A DNA stretch of 60,283 nt from Bacillota bacterium (GCA_020063185.1 JAGUUY010000039.1:1-60283); one strand, 5' to 3'. Positions 45,685 to 55,575 are shown, counted from the first letter of the stretch. A program made the numbers and translations. The notes: a model not told the origin generated them from the sequence alone.

Positions 45685-46683
45685 TTAACATATGCGCGGC
45701 AGCGGTTCGCCCACGAGCATGTCCAGATATTTAGTCCCACCGAAAGGGGTCCTCAAATACAGGTTGCCGCTCCCTCCGGACACTTCACCGATGATTGCGG
45801 CGGACCTGCCAAGGGGGTGGGTTTGCAGTACTGCCAGCGCGTCCTCGGCGGACGGTGCGGAGACAAACGCCATAAACTTGCCCTCATTGGCAAGATACAG
45901 CGGGTCAAGCCCCAGCAATTCGGCTGCGCCTCTCACCTCCGGACGTACCGGGACCGCCGTTTCCTCAAGGTGGATGTCGCACCCTGCCGCAACCGCGATT
46001 TCTTTAGCCGCGGTAGCCAGTCCCCCACGGGTCAGATCCCGCATCATCTTAACCTCGCGGGGTATTTCACGTAAGAGTTCGTTAATGATACCGTTGAGCG
46101 GCGCGCAATCGCTCACCAGTCGCCCGGCGAAATCCAGGCTTTCACGCGCGGCCAGGATGGCCATCCCGTGGTCCCCGATCGGACCGTTTATGATTACGCG
46201 GTCTCCCGGCGCGAGCCGTTCATAGCCGAGATCCAGCGCTCCCGGAACAATTCCGATGCCGGCGGTATTGATGAAGATCCGGTCCAAGTGCCCCCGCCCG
46301 ACAACCTTTGTATCGCCCGCGATGATCTCCACGCCGGCTTCCTCGCACGCCCGGGCCATCGAGGATGCTATCAGGTCCAGGTCCGCAATCGGGAGCCCTT
46401 CTTCCAACATAAAGGCGGCGGTCAGGTAAACAGGGCCGGCGCCCGAAACCGCAAGGTCGTTTACCGTACCGCAGACCGCAAGTTTCCCGATATCGCCGCC
46501 GGGGAAAAAAAGCGGGCTCACGACAAAGGAATCGGTGGTCACCGCGAGGCGGCCGGCAAGACCGGTAAAGACGGCGGCATCGGTAAGACCTTTAAGCGTC
46601 CGGTTGGGAAAGTGACGAAGAAATAAATCCCTCACGAGTTCATGGGTCAGTACCCCGCCGTCGCCGTGCGCCAGCAGCACCAT
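45685..46683 (-). CDS. hypE: hydrogenase maturation protein HypE
   Basis: AIR-synthase-like fold, N-terminal LLAHGDGG and C-terminal PRIC. ATG 46683 lies 1 nt after the hypD stop and gives 332 aa. Confidence 0.9.
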   Translation of the reverse strand: MVLLAHGDGGVLTHELVRDLFLRHFPNRTLKGLTDAAVFTGLAGRLAVTTDSFVVSPLFFPGGDIGKLAVCGTVNDLAVSGAGPVYLTAAFMLEEGLPIADLDLIASSMARACEEAGVEIIAGDTKVVGRGHLDRIFINTAGIGIVPGALDLGYERLAPGDRVIINGPIGDHGMAILAARESLDFAGRLVSDCAPLNGIINELLREIPREVKMMRDLTRGGLATAAKEIAVAAGCDIHLEETAVPVRPEVRGAAELLGLDPLYLANEGKFMAFVSAPSAEDALAVLQTHPLGRSAAIIGEVSGGSGNLYLRTPFGGTKYLDMLVGEPLPRIC

Positions 46684-46684
46684 G

Positions 46685-47812
46685 TCATTCAACGGCGGTC
46701 CCCCCTCTCTGGCGGCGTTCAAAGTTGTAGTAGGCGGCGCATGCCCCTTCGGAGGAGACCATACAGGGGCCCACCGGGGCCATCGGTTTACACACCCGTC
46801 CAAAGAGAGTGCACTCCCGGGGAGTGAGCTTGCCTTTTAATATTTCACCACACACGCAACCGGAAGGTACCCGAGATTTGGTCGGCGGGAGTACAAACCT
46901 CTCCAGGGCGTCTAACTTTTTGAACCTGTCCTCCATCGTCAGCCCGCTTCGGGGTATGGTCCCGAACCCCCGCCACGGTGCATCGGTGATTTTGAAAACC
47001 TCGTCCATTTGCTGCTGCGCGATGGTGTTCCCAGACGTACGCACTACACGCGCGTAACCGTTTATCACCCGGCCCTCGCCCGCCAGTACCATCAGGAGGA
47101 GTTGCCTGACGGCATCCAGGATATCGTTGGGCTCAAAACCCGTGATTACTGCGGGTAAACCGCGGGCGTTCAAAGAATCGTAAGCCTTCAGGCCGATGAT
47201 GGCGCTAACGTGGCCGGGAAGGATAAAGCCGTCGATTTTCAGTTCAGGATCGCTTAAGAGAGCGTCAAGCGCCGGCGGCACCACTTTGTGCGTGACAAAA
47301 ACACTGAAGTTATTCAGCCTCAGACGCGCCGCTTCCTTGATGCTAAGGGCTACGGCCGGAGCGGTGGTTTCGAACCCCACGCCCAGGAAGACTACTTCGC
47401 GTGCCGGATGCGCCGACGCATACGCTACCGCGTCCGCCGGCGAGTAACAAATTCTGATTTCCGCTCCCGCCGCCCGTTCACGCTCCAGCGAAGAACCGCT
47501 GCCCGGCACTCTTACCATATCGCCGAACGTCGCGACGGTTATTCCCGGCAAGCGCGCTAATGCCACCATCCGGTCAATGTCGGCATAGTCCGTTACGCAT
47601 ACCGGGCACCCGGGACCGCTTCTTAAATCGAGGTGATCACACAGAAGTCCCCGCAATCCAGCGCGAGATATGGCCACAGTGTGCGTCCCACACACTTCCA
47701 TTAAAACTATTCGCCGCCCGAGGCGTTCAGCTACCCGGGCGGCCACAGCGTTAACCTCTTTAATCAGCGCCTTCGCTATTTGCGGGTCGCGGAACTTCGC
47801 CAATTCCTTCAT
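46685..47812 (-). CDS. hypD: hydrogenase maturation protein HypD
   Basis: GPGCPVCV motif. 375 aa. Confidence 0.95.
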   Translation of the reverse strand: MKELAKFRDPQIAKALIKEVNAVAARVAERLGRRIVLMEVCGTHTVAISRAGLRGLLCDHLDLRSGPGCPVCVTDYADIDRMVALARLPGITVATFGDMVRVPGSGSSLERERAAGAEIRICYSPADAVAYASAHPAREVVFLGVGFETTAPAVALSIKEAARLRLNNFSVFVTHKVVPPALDALLSDPELKIDGFILPGHVSAIIGLKAYDSLNARGLPAVITGFEPNDILDAVRQLLLMVLAGEGRVINGYARVVRTSGNTIAQQQMDEVFKITDAPWRGFGTIPRSGLTMEDRFKKLDALERFVLPPTKSRVPSGCVCGEILKGKLTPRECTLFGRVCKPMAPVGPCMVSSEGACAAYYNFERRQRGGTAVE

Positions 47813-48029
47813 GCGCCAATAGTTCCTCCCAGAGTTTGATGCGTTCCCGCGCTTCTTCCAGGTCTATTTTCTCAATAGCGTAGCCGGTATGAACCATGAC
47901 GTACTCTCCCAGGGTGACCTCTCCGATTAGAAAAGTATTTATTTTCTGACGGACCCCAAAAGTCTCGATTACCGCGGTATGGTCTTCCGGCGACACCTCA
48001 ACGATCAATCCCGGTACACCTAAACACAT
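47760..48029 (-). CDS. hypC: hydrogenase maturation chaperone HypC
   Basis: N-terminus MCLGVPG. The C-terminal tail overlaps the hypD start by 53 nt. Confidence 0.85.
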   Translation of the reverse strand: MCLGVPGLIVEVSPEDHTAVIETFGVRQKINTFLIGEVTLGEYVMVHTGYAIEKIDLEEARERIKLWEELLAHEGIGEVPRPANSEGAD

Positions 48030-50338
48030 TCCTCCCACCTCCTGTACGCAACGACGGCCTGTCCCAGGCTCAAACCACCGTCGTTGGCCGGTACCCGGCG
48101 GTGGAACAACACTTCAAAACCTTGGTGTGACAGCGCCTCCTTACCGACCGTAAACAGGTAGCGGTTCTGCCAGGTACCCCCGCTGAGGACCACTTTCTGA
48201 AGCCCGGTGCGTGCGGCGACTTGTTTCACGGCATCGCAGACCACGGCGACGATGGTATTATGAAAACGAGTGCTGATCACCGACTTTTCCTGTCCTTTTT
48301 CAGCATCTTCAAGCACACCGGCAAGTATGCGGGCGGGTGATATCACCTCTCCCTCAAAAGAGTGCTCATAAGGCGGCAGTCTTTTACCGTCTTCAGGTTC
48401 GAACGTGATCTCCCCAAGTTCTATCGCCGCCTGACCTTCGTATGTCGATTCGGTACAGACCCCCAGGATGGCCGAAACAGCGTCAAACAAGCGGCCGCAA
48501 CCACAGGCCAGGGGCGAGTTAAACCGCTTCTTGACGAGGTATTCCACGATTTCCAACTCTCTTTTCTTTGCTCCGAACAAGGCCTGCGCAGCCGCCGCCC
48601 CGGCTTCCCCTAAAAAGCCGGACAGGTACGAAACGGCCATGCGCCACGGTTGCCGGATACCTTGCTCACCGCCGGGGAGCGGCGCGTACGCAAGATGGTA
48701 ATGTCTTGTAAAGCTGCTGAGGTCGCCGGAGAGAATTTCGAACCCCCAAAGGTTGCCGTCTTCGCCGTATCCGGTACCGTCAAGTATCGCCCCTATAGCC
48801 TGGCCGGCAACCCCGTTCTCCGCAAGGCAAGCCGCCATGTGGGCGTGATGATGCTGGACACCGAACCGCATTCTGGCGGGTATGCTTTCCGCAATCCGTG
48901 AAGAACTGTACCCCGGGTGCAGATCGTAACCGACGACTTCGGGCTCCACCCCCAGCAAGCGCTGGAAATTAAGCAAGCTTGAAAAAAGGTTTTCCTCACC
49001 CTCCAAGGTTTCCAATTCGCCGATATACTGGCTCAAAAAAGCCTGCCCCCGACGCAGCAAACAAAAAGTGTTTTTCATCTCACCGCCGATGCCCAAGACC
49101 GGCGGTCCATCAGCGGTAGGCGCTTCTATCGGCCGCGGCACATAACCGCGCGAACGTCGCAGCAACTGGACCTCCCCCGCAACCACTACCGCCAGCGAAT
49201 CATCACACCGGTTTACTATCGGACGGTCGTGGAACAAGACGTAATCCGGGATTCCGCCCAGTTCCTGAAATACTCTTTCGTTGTCCTTGCACAACGGTAG
49301 ATCACTGTAATTTCCACTTGTCATGACCAGGACGTCGAATGGCCCTTCAAAAAGCAGCAGGTGCAGGGGTGTGTAAGGGATCATTGCCCCCAGGGTGCCG
49401 AGTCCGGGCGCGATTTCTCCGGGAAGCGGCGCGTCGGGGCGCCGCTTTAAAATGACGATGGGTGTCTGCAGGGACGTTAAAAGCTGCTCTTCCGCATCAC
49501 TTAAAAAGCAGTAACGTTTTATCGTCTCCAGGTCCCGGAACATGGCGGCAAAAGGTTTATGGCTGCGTCCCTTGCGCTGGCGGAGAACCTTAAGGGCCTG
49601 CCGGTTCAGCGCATCGCAGCTGAGGTGGAAGCCGCCAAGACTCTTAATCGCAAGTATTTTCCCGTTACCCAGGGCGCGCCAGCAGTTACCCCGCCAGTCC
49701 CCAGGAACAGGCCGCCCGTCCGCGTCGAGCAGCTCCACCCGCGGCCCGCAGGCTGGGCAGGCGACCGGTTGGGCATGAAAACGCCTGTCCGCCGGGTCGG
49801 AATATTCCCGCGTACAGTCCGTGCACATGGCGAAGGTCGCCATTGAAGTCTGCCGCCGGTCATAAGGGACCTCGTTAATGATTGTGAAGCGCGGCCCACA
49901 GTTCGTGCAGTTAGTGAAAGGGTAATGGTAGTGCCTGTCGCGGGGATCGAATGTCTCCCGGGCACAATCAGGGCACAGCGCGACGTCCGGCGGTACGAGC
50001 GCCTCTTTCTCGGACTCGCCCGCGCTGTCGATAATTTCAAACTTCAGGTAACCGGCCGGACTCAATTCTTGCCGGTCGATGGAAACAATACGCGCAAGCC
50101 GGGGCGGTCGGCTGTACAGCGCTTCGACCAGCCACCCAACTTTTTCAGCGTCCCCTTCGACTTCGATCACCACCCCACGGGCGTCGTTGAGCACATAGCC
50201 CGTAATGCCGAGCGACCGGGCGAGGTTATAGACAAAAGGCCTGAAACCTACGCCCTGAACGGTCCCTTTAACCTCTATTCTGGAACGGACTTTCCCGCCC
50301 GTTTCTTTTGGCTCATTTCCTCCAGCCATCCGCACCAT
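48020..50338 (-). CDS. hypF: carbamoyltransferase HypF
   Basis: Acylphosphatase-like VQGVGFRPF, two zinc-finger pairs (CPDC...CTNCGPR and CTDC...CPACGP), and YrdC-like and Kae1-like domains. The start is probably ATG 50329. Confidence 0.95.
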   Translation of the reverse strand: MVRMAGGNEPKETGGKVRSRIEVKGTVQGVGFRPFVYNLARSLGITGYVLNDARGVVIEVEGDAEKVGWLVEALYSRPPRLARIVSIDRQELSPAGYLKFEIIDSAGESEKEALVPPDVALCPDCARETFDPRDRHYHYPFTNCTNCGPRFTIINEVPYDRRQTSMATFAMCTDCTREYSDPADRRFHAQPVACPACGPRVELLDADGRPVPGDWRGNCWRALGNGKILAIKSLGGFHLSCDALNRQALKVLRQRKGRSHKPFAAMFRDLETIKRYCFLSDAEEQLLTSLQTPIVILKRRPDAPLPGEIAPGLGTLGAMIPYTPLHLLLFEGPFDVLVMTSGNYSDLPLCKDNERVFQELGGIPDYVLFHDRPIVNRCDDSLAVVVAGEVQLLRRSRGYVPRPIEAPTADGPPVLGIGGEMKNTFCLLRRGQAFLSQYIGELETLEGEENLFSSLLNFQRLLGVEPEVVGYDLHPGYSSSRIAESIPARMRFGVQHHHAHMAACLAENGVAGQAIGAILDGTGYGEDGNLWGFEILSGDLSSFTRHYHLAYAPLPGGEQGIRQPWRMAVSYLSGFLGEAGAAAAQALFGAKKRELEIVEYLVKKRFNSPLACGCGRLFDAVSAILGVCTESTYEGQAAIELGEITFEPEDGKRLPPYEHSFEGEVISPARILAGVLEDAEKGQEKSVISTRFHNTIVAVVCDAVKQVAARTGLQKVVLSGGTWQNRYLFTVGKEALSHQGFEVLFHRRVPANDGGLSLGQAVVAYRRWEECV

Positions 50339-50976
50339 TCCTTTATCCCTTCTCCGGTTTTGGCCGATACCAGCAGCATCTCCGCCTCCGGATTGATCGC
50401 TTTCAACTCTTTTTTTACCGTCTCCAGTTCAAAATCAGTGTACGGCATGAGGTCCACCTTTGTTATGAGCACCATGCGCGCCTTTTGAAATACCAGCGGG
50501 TACTTCGCCGGCTTGTCCCCGCCCTCAGTAACGCTTAACAGGGCGACTTTAGCGTCCTCCCCCAGGTCGAACTCGGCAGGGCATACCAGGTTGCCGACGT
50601 TCTCAATAAACAACATATCATACCGGTCTTCCCGCAACTCTTCCACCGAACGCGCAACCATTGCGGCATCAAGGTGGCAGACTCCGGCCGTGTTGATCTG
50701 AACGACCTCAACCCCCTGGCCGGCAATCCGCTGGGCATCGCGGGTGGTATACATGTCCCCTTCAATGACACCTGTTTTGTGGTTTTTGCGCAGCCGCTGG
50801 AGAGTCAGTTCCAACAGCGTTGTTTTTCCCGCCCCGGGTGAACTCATCATGTTAACCACAAACGTCCCGGCGGCCGCAAAACGAACCTTGTTTTCCTGCG
50901 CCACGTTTTCGTTAACCCGCAGGAGGCGTTGCCCCATTACCACCTTCAAACCCGCCGTCACCCTCTTCAGAATCAC
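50275..50976 (-). CDS. hypB: hydrogenase nickel incorporation GTPase HypB
   Basis: P-loop SSPGAGKTTLL and the CH motif (GVCHLDA). The start is ambiguous (50976 or 50937), and both overlap the hypA tail. Confidence 0.9.
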   Translation of the reverse strand: MILKRVTAGLKVVMGQRLLRVNENVAQENKVRFAAAGTFVVNMMSSPGAGKTTLLELTLQRLRKNHKTGVIEGDMYTTRDAQRIAGQGVEVVQINTAGVCHLDAAMVARSVEELREDRYDMLFIENVGNLVCPAEFDLGEDAKVALLSVTEGGDKPAKYPLVFQKARMVLITKVDLMPYTDFELETVKKELKAINPEAEMLLVSAKTGEGIKEWCGWLEEMSQKKRAGKSVPE

Positions 50977-51307
50977 CCTGATAATGTTCGATATGGAGTT
51001 CCTTGCCGCTCAAAATTATACTGATCCCGGTACACTTGGGGCACACAACTTCGAAAAAGTCCGGCGTGTATTCGTTGCCACACTCCTGGCAGCGCATAAG
51101 TAAGGGGCGTTCATCAATGTCCAGCGTAGCTCCCGCGAGAATCGTTCCCTCACTCAGAACGCCGAAAGAAAACCGCAAAAGTTCAGGCTGCGCCATAATC
51201 AGTTTGCCGACAATCAATTTTACACTTGTCACACGCGTAATGCCATTTTCCGCAGCGCTCTGTTGCACCAGTTCCATCATCGACTGGACAAGGCTGAATT
51301 CATGCAT
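50912..51307 (-). CDS. hypA: hydrogenase nickel insertion protein HypA
   Basis: N-terminus MHEFSL and zinc site CQEC...CPKC. It carries a C-terminal extension of about 20 aa relative to typical HypA. Confidence 0.9.
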   Translation of the reverse strand: MHEFSLVQSMMELVQQSAAENGITRVTSVKLIVGKLIMAQPELLRFSFGVLSEGTILAGATLDIDERPLLMRCQECGNEYTPDFFEVVCPKCTGISIILSGKELHIEHYQGDSEEGDGGFEGGNGATPPAG

Positions 51308-51473
51308 GGAATTTCTCCGTTAGTCTCGCGTGCCCGTTAGTAACTTACCAATTTATCGGAGCACACTTATTTTCTTCGCGTCCTCGGTCGGTTTTTCCTC
51401 TTGTAATCTTCAGGAGAACCTGGTATCACCCCGCCCGCCGTCGTTCCGCCACTGAACCTCAACCCGCACTTCG

Positions 51474-52307
51474 TCAGGGCAGCGGTGTAAGACTCCGCCG
51501 GCGCCCCTCAAATGACGCCGTCTCACGGTAGCCGACACGCCGCAAGAGGGCCGCCACCGCTTCAAAATCCCGCCCCACGTCGTCCGGCCGGTGCGCATCC
51601 GAGCCTAGTACAACTGGAACACCGTACTCGAAGCAAATTGCCAGAAAGGCCGGCGCGGGATAGATTTCGCGGGCCGGCTGTCTCAGCCCGGCGGTATTTA
51701 CCTCAACAGCCATATCGGCGGCGGCGATCGACCGCACCGTTCTTTTGTAAAGCGGCACGACGTCGCCGTGAGGCCGGTAACCGAACTTTTTCACCAGGTC
51801 GGGGTGGGCCACGACATCGAACAGCCCGCTCGCCGCCATCCGCTGCACCAATTCGAAATAGACACCGTACAGCGCGTCGATGTCTTTTCCGGCGTACCCG
51901 TCTATGTGGACGGGGTTGTCAAAACCCCAGCCGTTTATATAATGTACGGACCCGAGCACGTAATCAAAGGGGTAACCTTCGAGGATCGCCTTGAGCGCAC
52001 CCTCGTGCCCCGGGGAATAATCCGCTTCTATCCCCAGCTTTACGGTGATGTCCCCGCACCCCGCACCGAGCGCTAAAACCTCGGCCACGTATGCGCCAAG
52101 CTCCCCCTCACCCATTGCCAGGGAGGAGTCCCGGACTTTTTCCGGCAAGAAATACTGCGGAATATGATCTGTAAAACCTATCTCCCGGAGGCCTTTATGC
52201 CGCGCTTTTTGCACATACTCCGCCGTTTTCCCCGTGGCATGCCCGCAACGCCGCGTGTGAACGTGATAATCGGCCAATCCCGCCGCTTCAGACATCCCGG
52301 CGTTCAA
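51474..52307 (-). CDS. PHP-domain histidinol-phosphatase (HisJ family)
   Basis: DYHVHTRRCGHA is the N-terminal PHP metal motif. 277 aa. Confidence 0.8.
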   Translation of the reverse strand: MNAGMSEAAGLADYHVHTRRCGHATGKTAEYVQKARHKGLREIGFTDHIPQYFLPEKVRDSSLAMGEGELGAYVAEVLALGAGCGDITVKLGIEADYSPGHEGALKAILEGYPFDYVLGSVHYINGWGFDNPVHIDGYAGKDIDALYGVYFELVQRMAASGLFDVVAHPDLVKKFGYRPHGDVVPLYKRTVRSIAAADMAVEVNTAGLRQPAREIYPAPAFLAICFEYGVPVVLGSDAHRPDDVGRDFEAVAALLRRVGYRETASFEGRRRSLTPLP

Positions 52308-52327
52308 CCCCTCCTCGAAAATAGACG

Positions 52328-52390
52328 CTCAACGTTTAGGCTAAAAACGATGGGCCTTTGGGGTCCGTCCGACGTGCTACGTTTTTCAAC
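52328..52390. repeat. second copy of the two-hairpin module seen between pheS and pheT (family member E6)
   Basis: 52351-52384 matches 36158-36191 at 28 of 34 positions by eye, after one gap. The substitutions keep both hairpins, partly as G.T pairs on the plus strand. GTTTAGGCTAAAAACG resembles GTTTAGCTCAAACGG at 36243-36257. Confidence 0.75.
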
Positions 52391-52424
52391 AAAGCCGAAG
52401 ATAAGCACCCGGTGGTGGCTGCGA

Positions 52425-53498
52425 TTAATCGTCAACTACCTCCCGGAGCCTGGCGGCGACTTCTCTAGTCAACCCGTAGATCCGCTCAGCGAGCGGTTCC
52501 GGAAGAATCCCCGTCCCGCAACTCGGTGTGATCAGCCACTGTCGGCGCAAACGTTCTTCAGCTACGCCGCGCGCCGCCAACTCGCCCCAAAATAAATGAA
52601 GTTTCTTTATGAGGGTGTCCGGGTTTTCCTCCAGCGCGGCTTCAGATGTGGGTACAATACCCCATGCCAACACGCCGCCTCTTTCGAGAAAAGCCGCAAG
52701 CTCCCGGCGGTAAGGCAGGAGCGAGTTGAAATAACCGTAGGCGTCGAAACTCAGTACGTCGATGTCCAGCGCCAAAAGGATGCTCCAATCTACAGCCGCG
52801 CATGAGTGTACGCCCACCGCCGCACCGGCTGCCTTTACCCCCGCCGCGACGGTTTCCATATCGGCGGCGACCTGCTCCCTGGTAACGGTAATGTATGTCG
52901 ATTGACCGTAAACGCTTACCGCAGGCTCATCGATGAAAATCAGGACCGGCTTCCCCAAGACCTTAAGCCTTCCGACCTGCCACCGCGCCGCCACGGCCAG
53001 ATTCTCCGTGATGAGTTCCCTTAGACCCGGGTCGTAGTATGCGGGGCGCCCGCCGGCGTCGGTGAGTTGAAAACCCACTGTCAGCGGTCCGACAATTTGA
53101 CCTTTGAGGCCCGCCGCGTCGGGAAAACCGCCGGCCTGCGCCGTTTCAAGGAAGTCGTAAAAACCCGAAGCGCTTTCCCTTTCCGGCGCAAAACTTCCGA
53201 TGGCCGTTTCATCTCCTTGGCAAGCGCCTAAATATATAGAATAAAAAGCCGTCAACCGCTCGGGCCACTCATCGGCTTCGTTTAAGAAACGCGGCTTTCC
53301 CCCCGCCGCAACTATTCCCTGCGCTTCAAGCGCACCAAGAAACTGCCGGACAAACCCCTCCGCCCCGGAGCGGCGGGGAAGCTGCGGCCAGTGGGGGAAC
53401 ACCGCCAAATCATGTTTGATCAACTTCAATGCCGGTGCGGGGTTGAGATACGGCAGGCTGCCGATTCCGGTGGCCAACCCCCATAACGGGAAGCCCAA
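52425..53498 (-). CDS. MetE-C-terminal-like / UROD-superfamily zinc protein of unknown substrate
   Basis: 357 aa. H-x-C (GVHSCAAVDW) and a downstream Cys (ITPSCGTG) resemble the MetE zinc ligands (HxC ... C). There is no N-terminal MetE domain. TTG start follows GAGGAGGG. Confidence 0.55.
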   Translation of the reverse strand: MGFPLWGLATGIGSLPYLNPAPALKLIKHDLAVFPHWPQLPRRSGAEGFVRQFLGALEAQGIVAAGGKPRFLNEADEWPERLTAFYSIYLGACQGDETAIGSFAPERESASGFYDFLETAQAGGFPDAAGLKGQIVGPLTVGFQLTDAGGRPAYYDPGLRELITENLAVAARWQVGRLKVLGKPVLIFIDEPAVSVYGQSTYITVTREQVAADMETVAAGVKAAGAAVGVHSCAAVDWSILLALDIDVLSFDAYGYFNSLLPYRRELAAFLERGGVLAWGIVPTSEAALEENPDTLIKKLHLFWGELAARGVAEERLRRQWLITPSCGTGILPEPLAERIYGLTREVAARLREVVDD

Positions 53499-53574
53499 GT
53501 CTTTCCCTCCTCAAAAAAACCGACTACAGTCTGAATCTTGCGTCTTTTATTCCAAAGTAAAAGCGGCATCATTC

Positions 53575-55575
53575 TTATTCGCGCCGTCTTCCAAGCTCCC
53601 GCCGGCGCGCAACGTATTCCATAAAGGCAATGATATAAGCGGCGTGCGACCAGTTCAACGGGGCCACCGAAAGGGCTTCCCCGGTATAGGGTTGCAATTG
53701 TTCCGGCATGATCCCGGTCGGCAGGGCGTATTTCACGCACCACTCCAGGTGGTGTCCGGCCCCGGCCAATTCCTCCGCGTTCCGTGCCGCCCTGGTCTGA
53801 TACTGCGCCAGCCAAAGGGTGGAAATGAACCAGGGGTTGCCGGGAACCTGTGCCAGGTCTTCCGTCTGCCGGAAGTAATAATCACCGTAGTACCGCGCAA
53901 GGCCGCCGATTTCTGTTTTTACCCGGAGCGTTTCTTCCACCTGGCGCATCGTTTCCGAAACCATTATATCAGAGACCGGTAACACGTTAAAAAGAAAAAC
54001 CCCGGCCAGACTGCTGTCAACCGTAGTATCCGGCTCGAAATACCCTTTTTTACGGTTGAAGCGCAGGCCGCGGTAAAAGCGCCCGGCTTCTTTATCATGG
54101 AGGTGTTTTACCAGCGCTTCCTTCATCTCCGCCGCACGCCACGAAAATTTGTCGGCCAGTTTCGGCTGCCCGAAGAGCCGCGCCAGATTACTCGCCGCCA
54201 TCAGGCCCGCGTGGACTGCCGCGGTGGTAAAGGTAAATATGCCCCGTCTTTCTTCCCAAAGATCGAAAGACTCCGCCGGCAGGCGCAGGTTTTCATCGAC
54301 GTAACTACTGAGGAAATGCGCCGCCGGCCGCACCAGGTCATGATAATGGCCCAAGACAAACTCCAGGTCGCGTTCCTGCTGGTAATACTCCCAGAGAGCC
54401 CACAGAACAAGGGCCGTCTCGTCTTCCTGGATCGGCAGGTGCACGACGCCGTCTTCCAACCAGGGGTGCCAGCTCGAACCGGCGGTCCCGTCCGGATTGT
54501 ACTTGTGTAACAGATAACCCTTTTCTGTCAGGGCGTTGGCGCAAAAATCAAAAAATCCCCTGGTCAGCCTGCCGTAACCCGCCCTTATCAACGCATAGGC
54601 CGCAAAGGCCCCGTCCCTCGGCCACAGGTAACAGTAATGGTCCCGGTTAGTAACCATGATATCCGAATCCGGTGAAGCAATCACGGCCCCCTCGGCGTCG
54701 AAATGGGCACGCAAAATTAACAGGCTTCTCTTATAAGTCTCGGTGAGCGCCGCCGAATAGTTCAGATCATCCGCGCAAAAAGCATCCCCGCTATTTCTCA
54801 GACAGGCATCCAGAAAGGCGCGGCCGAAGGTCTCGGTACGAAACAGCAACTCCTCCGGCTTGTTGCTCAGCACGAAATCGTTAAGTGTCCGGGCTTCCTG
54901 AATGTTCTTTGCCGCGCAGATCCAATAGTAAATAGTGCCTTCTCCCCAGGGGCCCAGTTGCAAATTAAAGCCCATAACGCTGTCCACCGAACCCTGGGCA
55001 ATAGCGTTGGCGCTTAAACTACCGTCCTCCGCATCGCGCCAGGTACCTTCAGCCTTGCCGAAACCCTTGATGCCCGCAGCGAACTGTTGAAACCGGCCGG
55101 CGTCGCTGAAACCATTGATTAAAAAATACCGGTTCCGCTTGTAATGGCAAAGCACCTGATTAATGGCGTCGTAAAAGACCGTATCCCCGACCTCGGTCTC
55201 GTCAATGGAGAAATCCTGGCCGAAGAAGACACGGATTTCCCGTTCCGTATCCGAAAGGTTCTGTACCACCACCTTTTTCAGGTAGATGTTCTCCCGCCGG
55301 TGGACAGCGTCGTTGATTAAAAGCTTTACCGCTAAACCCAGATGGCCCGTTTCAACCTCGGTGACCAGAGTGTCTTCTTTATAGCCCAGCTTGCGTTCCC
55401 ACCCGTCCTCAGAGATCCAACTGAAGGCGCCGTTTACCCAAATTCCCAACCGGTTGCGGTTTCCCTGAAGGTGATTCCACTGGCCGACGTGGGGGTAAAA
55501 AAAATCCCTCATTTCGAGTTTCTCGTCAAAGGTTACCATCACCTTACCGTTACCAACGATTAAAGGGCGCGGCAT
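53575..55575 (-). CDS. glycoside hydrolase family 15 protein (glucoamylase/trehalase-like)
   Basis: 666 aa. The N-terminal beta-sandwich block MPRPLIVGNGKVMVTFD...FFYPHVG and the (alpha/alpha)6 C-terminal region match bacterial/archaeal GH15 as recalled. Confidence 0.8.
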   Translation of the reverse strand: MPRPLIVGNGKVMVTFDEKLEMRDFFYPHVGQWNHLQGNRNRLGIWVNGAFSWISEDGWERKLGYKEDTLVTEVETGHLGLAVKLLINDAVHRRENIYLKKVVVQNLSDTEREIRVFFGQDFSIDETEVGDTVFYDAINQVLCHYKRNRYFLINGFSDAGRFQQFAAGIKGFGKAEGTWRDAEDGSLSANAIAQGSVDSVMGFNLQLGPWGEGTIYYWICAAKNIQEARTLNDFVLSNKPEELLFRTETFGRAFLDACLRNSGDAFCADDLNYSAALTETYKRSLLILRAHFDAEGAVIASPDSDIMVTNRDHYCYLWPRDGAFAAYALIRAGYGRLTRGFFDFCANALTEKGYLLHKYNPDGTAGSSWHPWLEDGVVHLPIQEDETALVLWALWEYYQQERDLEFVLGHYHDLVRPAAHFLSSYVDENLRLPAESFDLWEERRGIFTFTTAAVHAGLMAASNLARLFGQPKLADKFSWRAAEMKEALVKHLHDKEAGRFYRGLRFNRKKGYFEPDTTVDSSLAGVFLFNVLPVSDIMVSETMRQVEETLRVKTEIGGLARYYGDYYFRQTEDLAQVPGNPWFISTLWLAQYQTRAARNAEELAGAGHHLEWCVKYALPTGIMPEQLQPYTGEALSVAPLNWSHAAYIIAFMEYVARRRELGRRRE

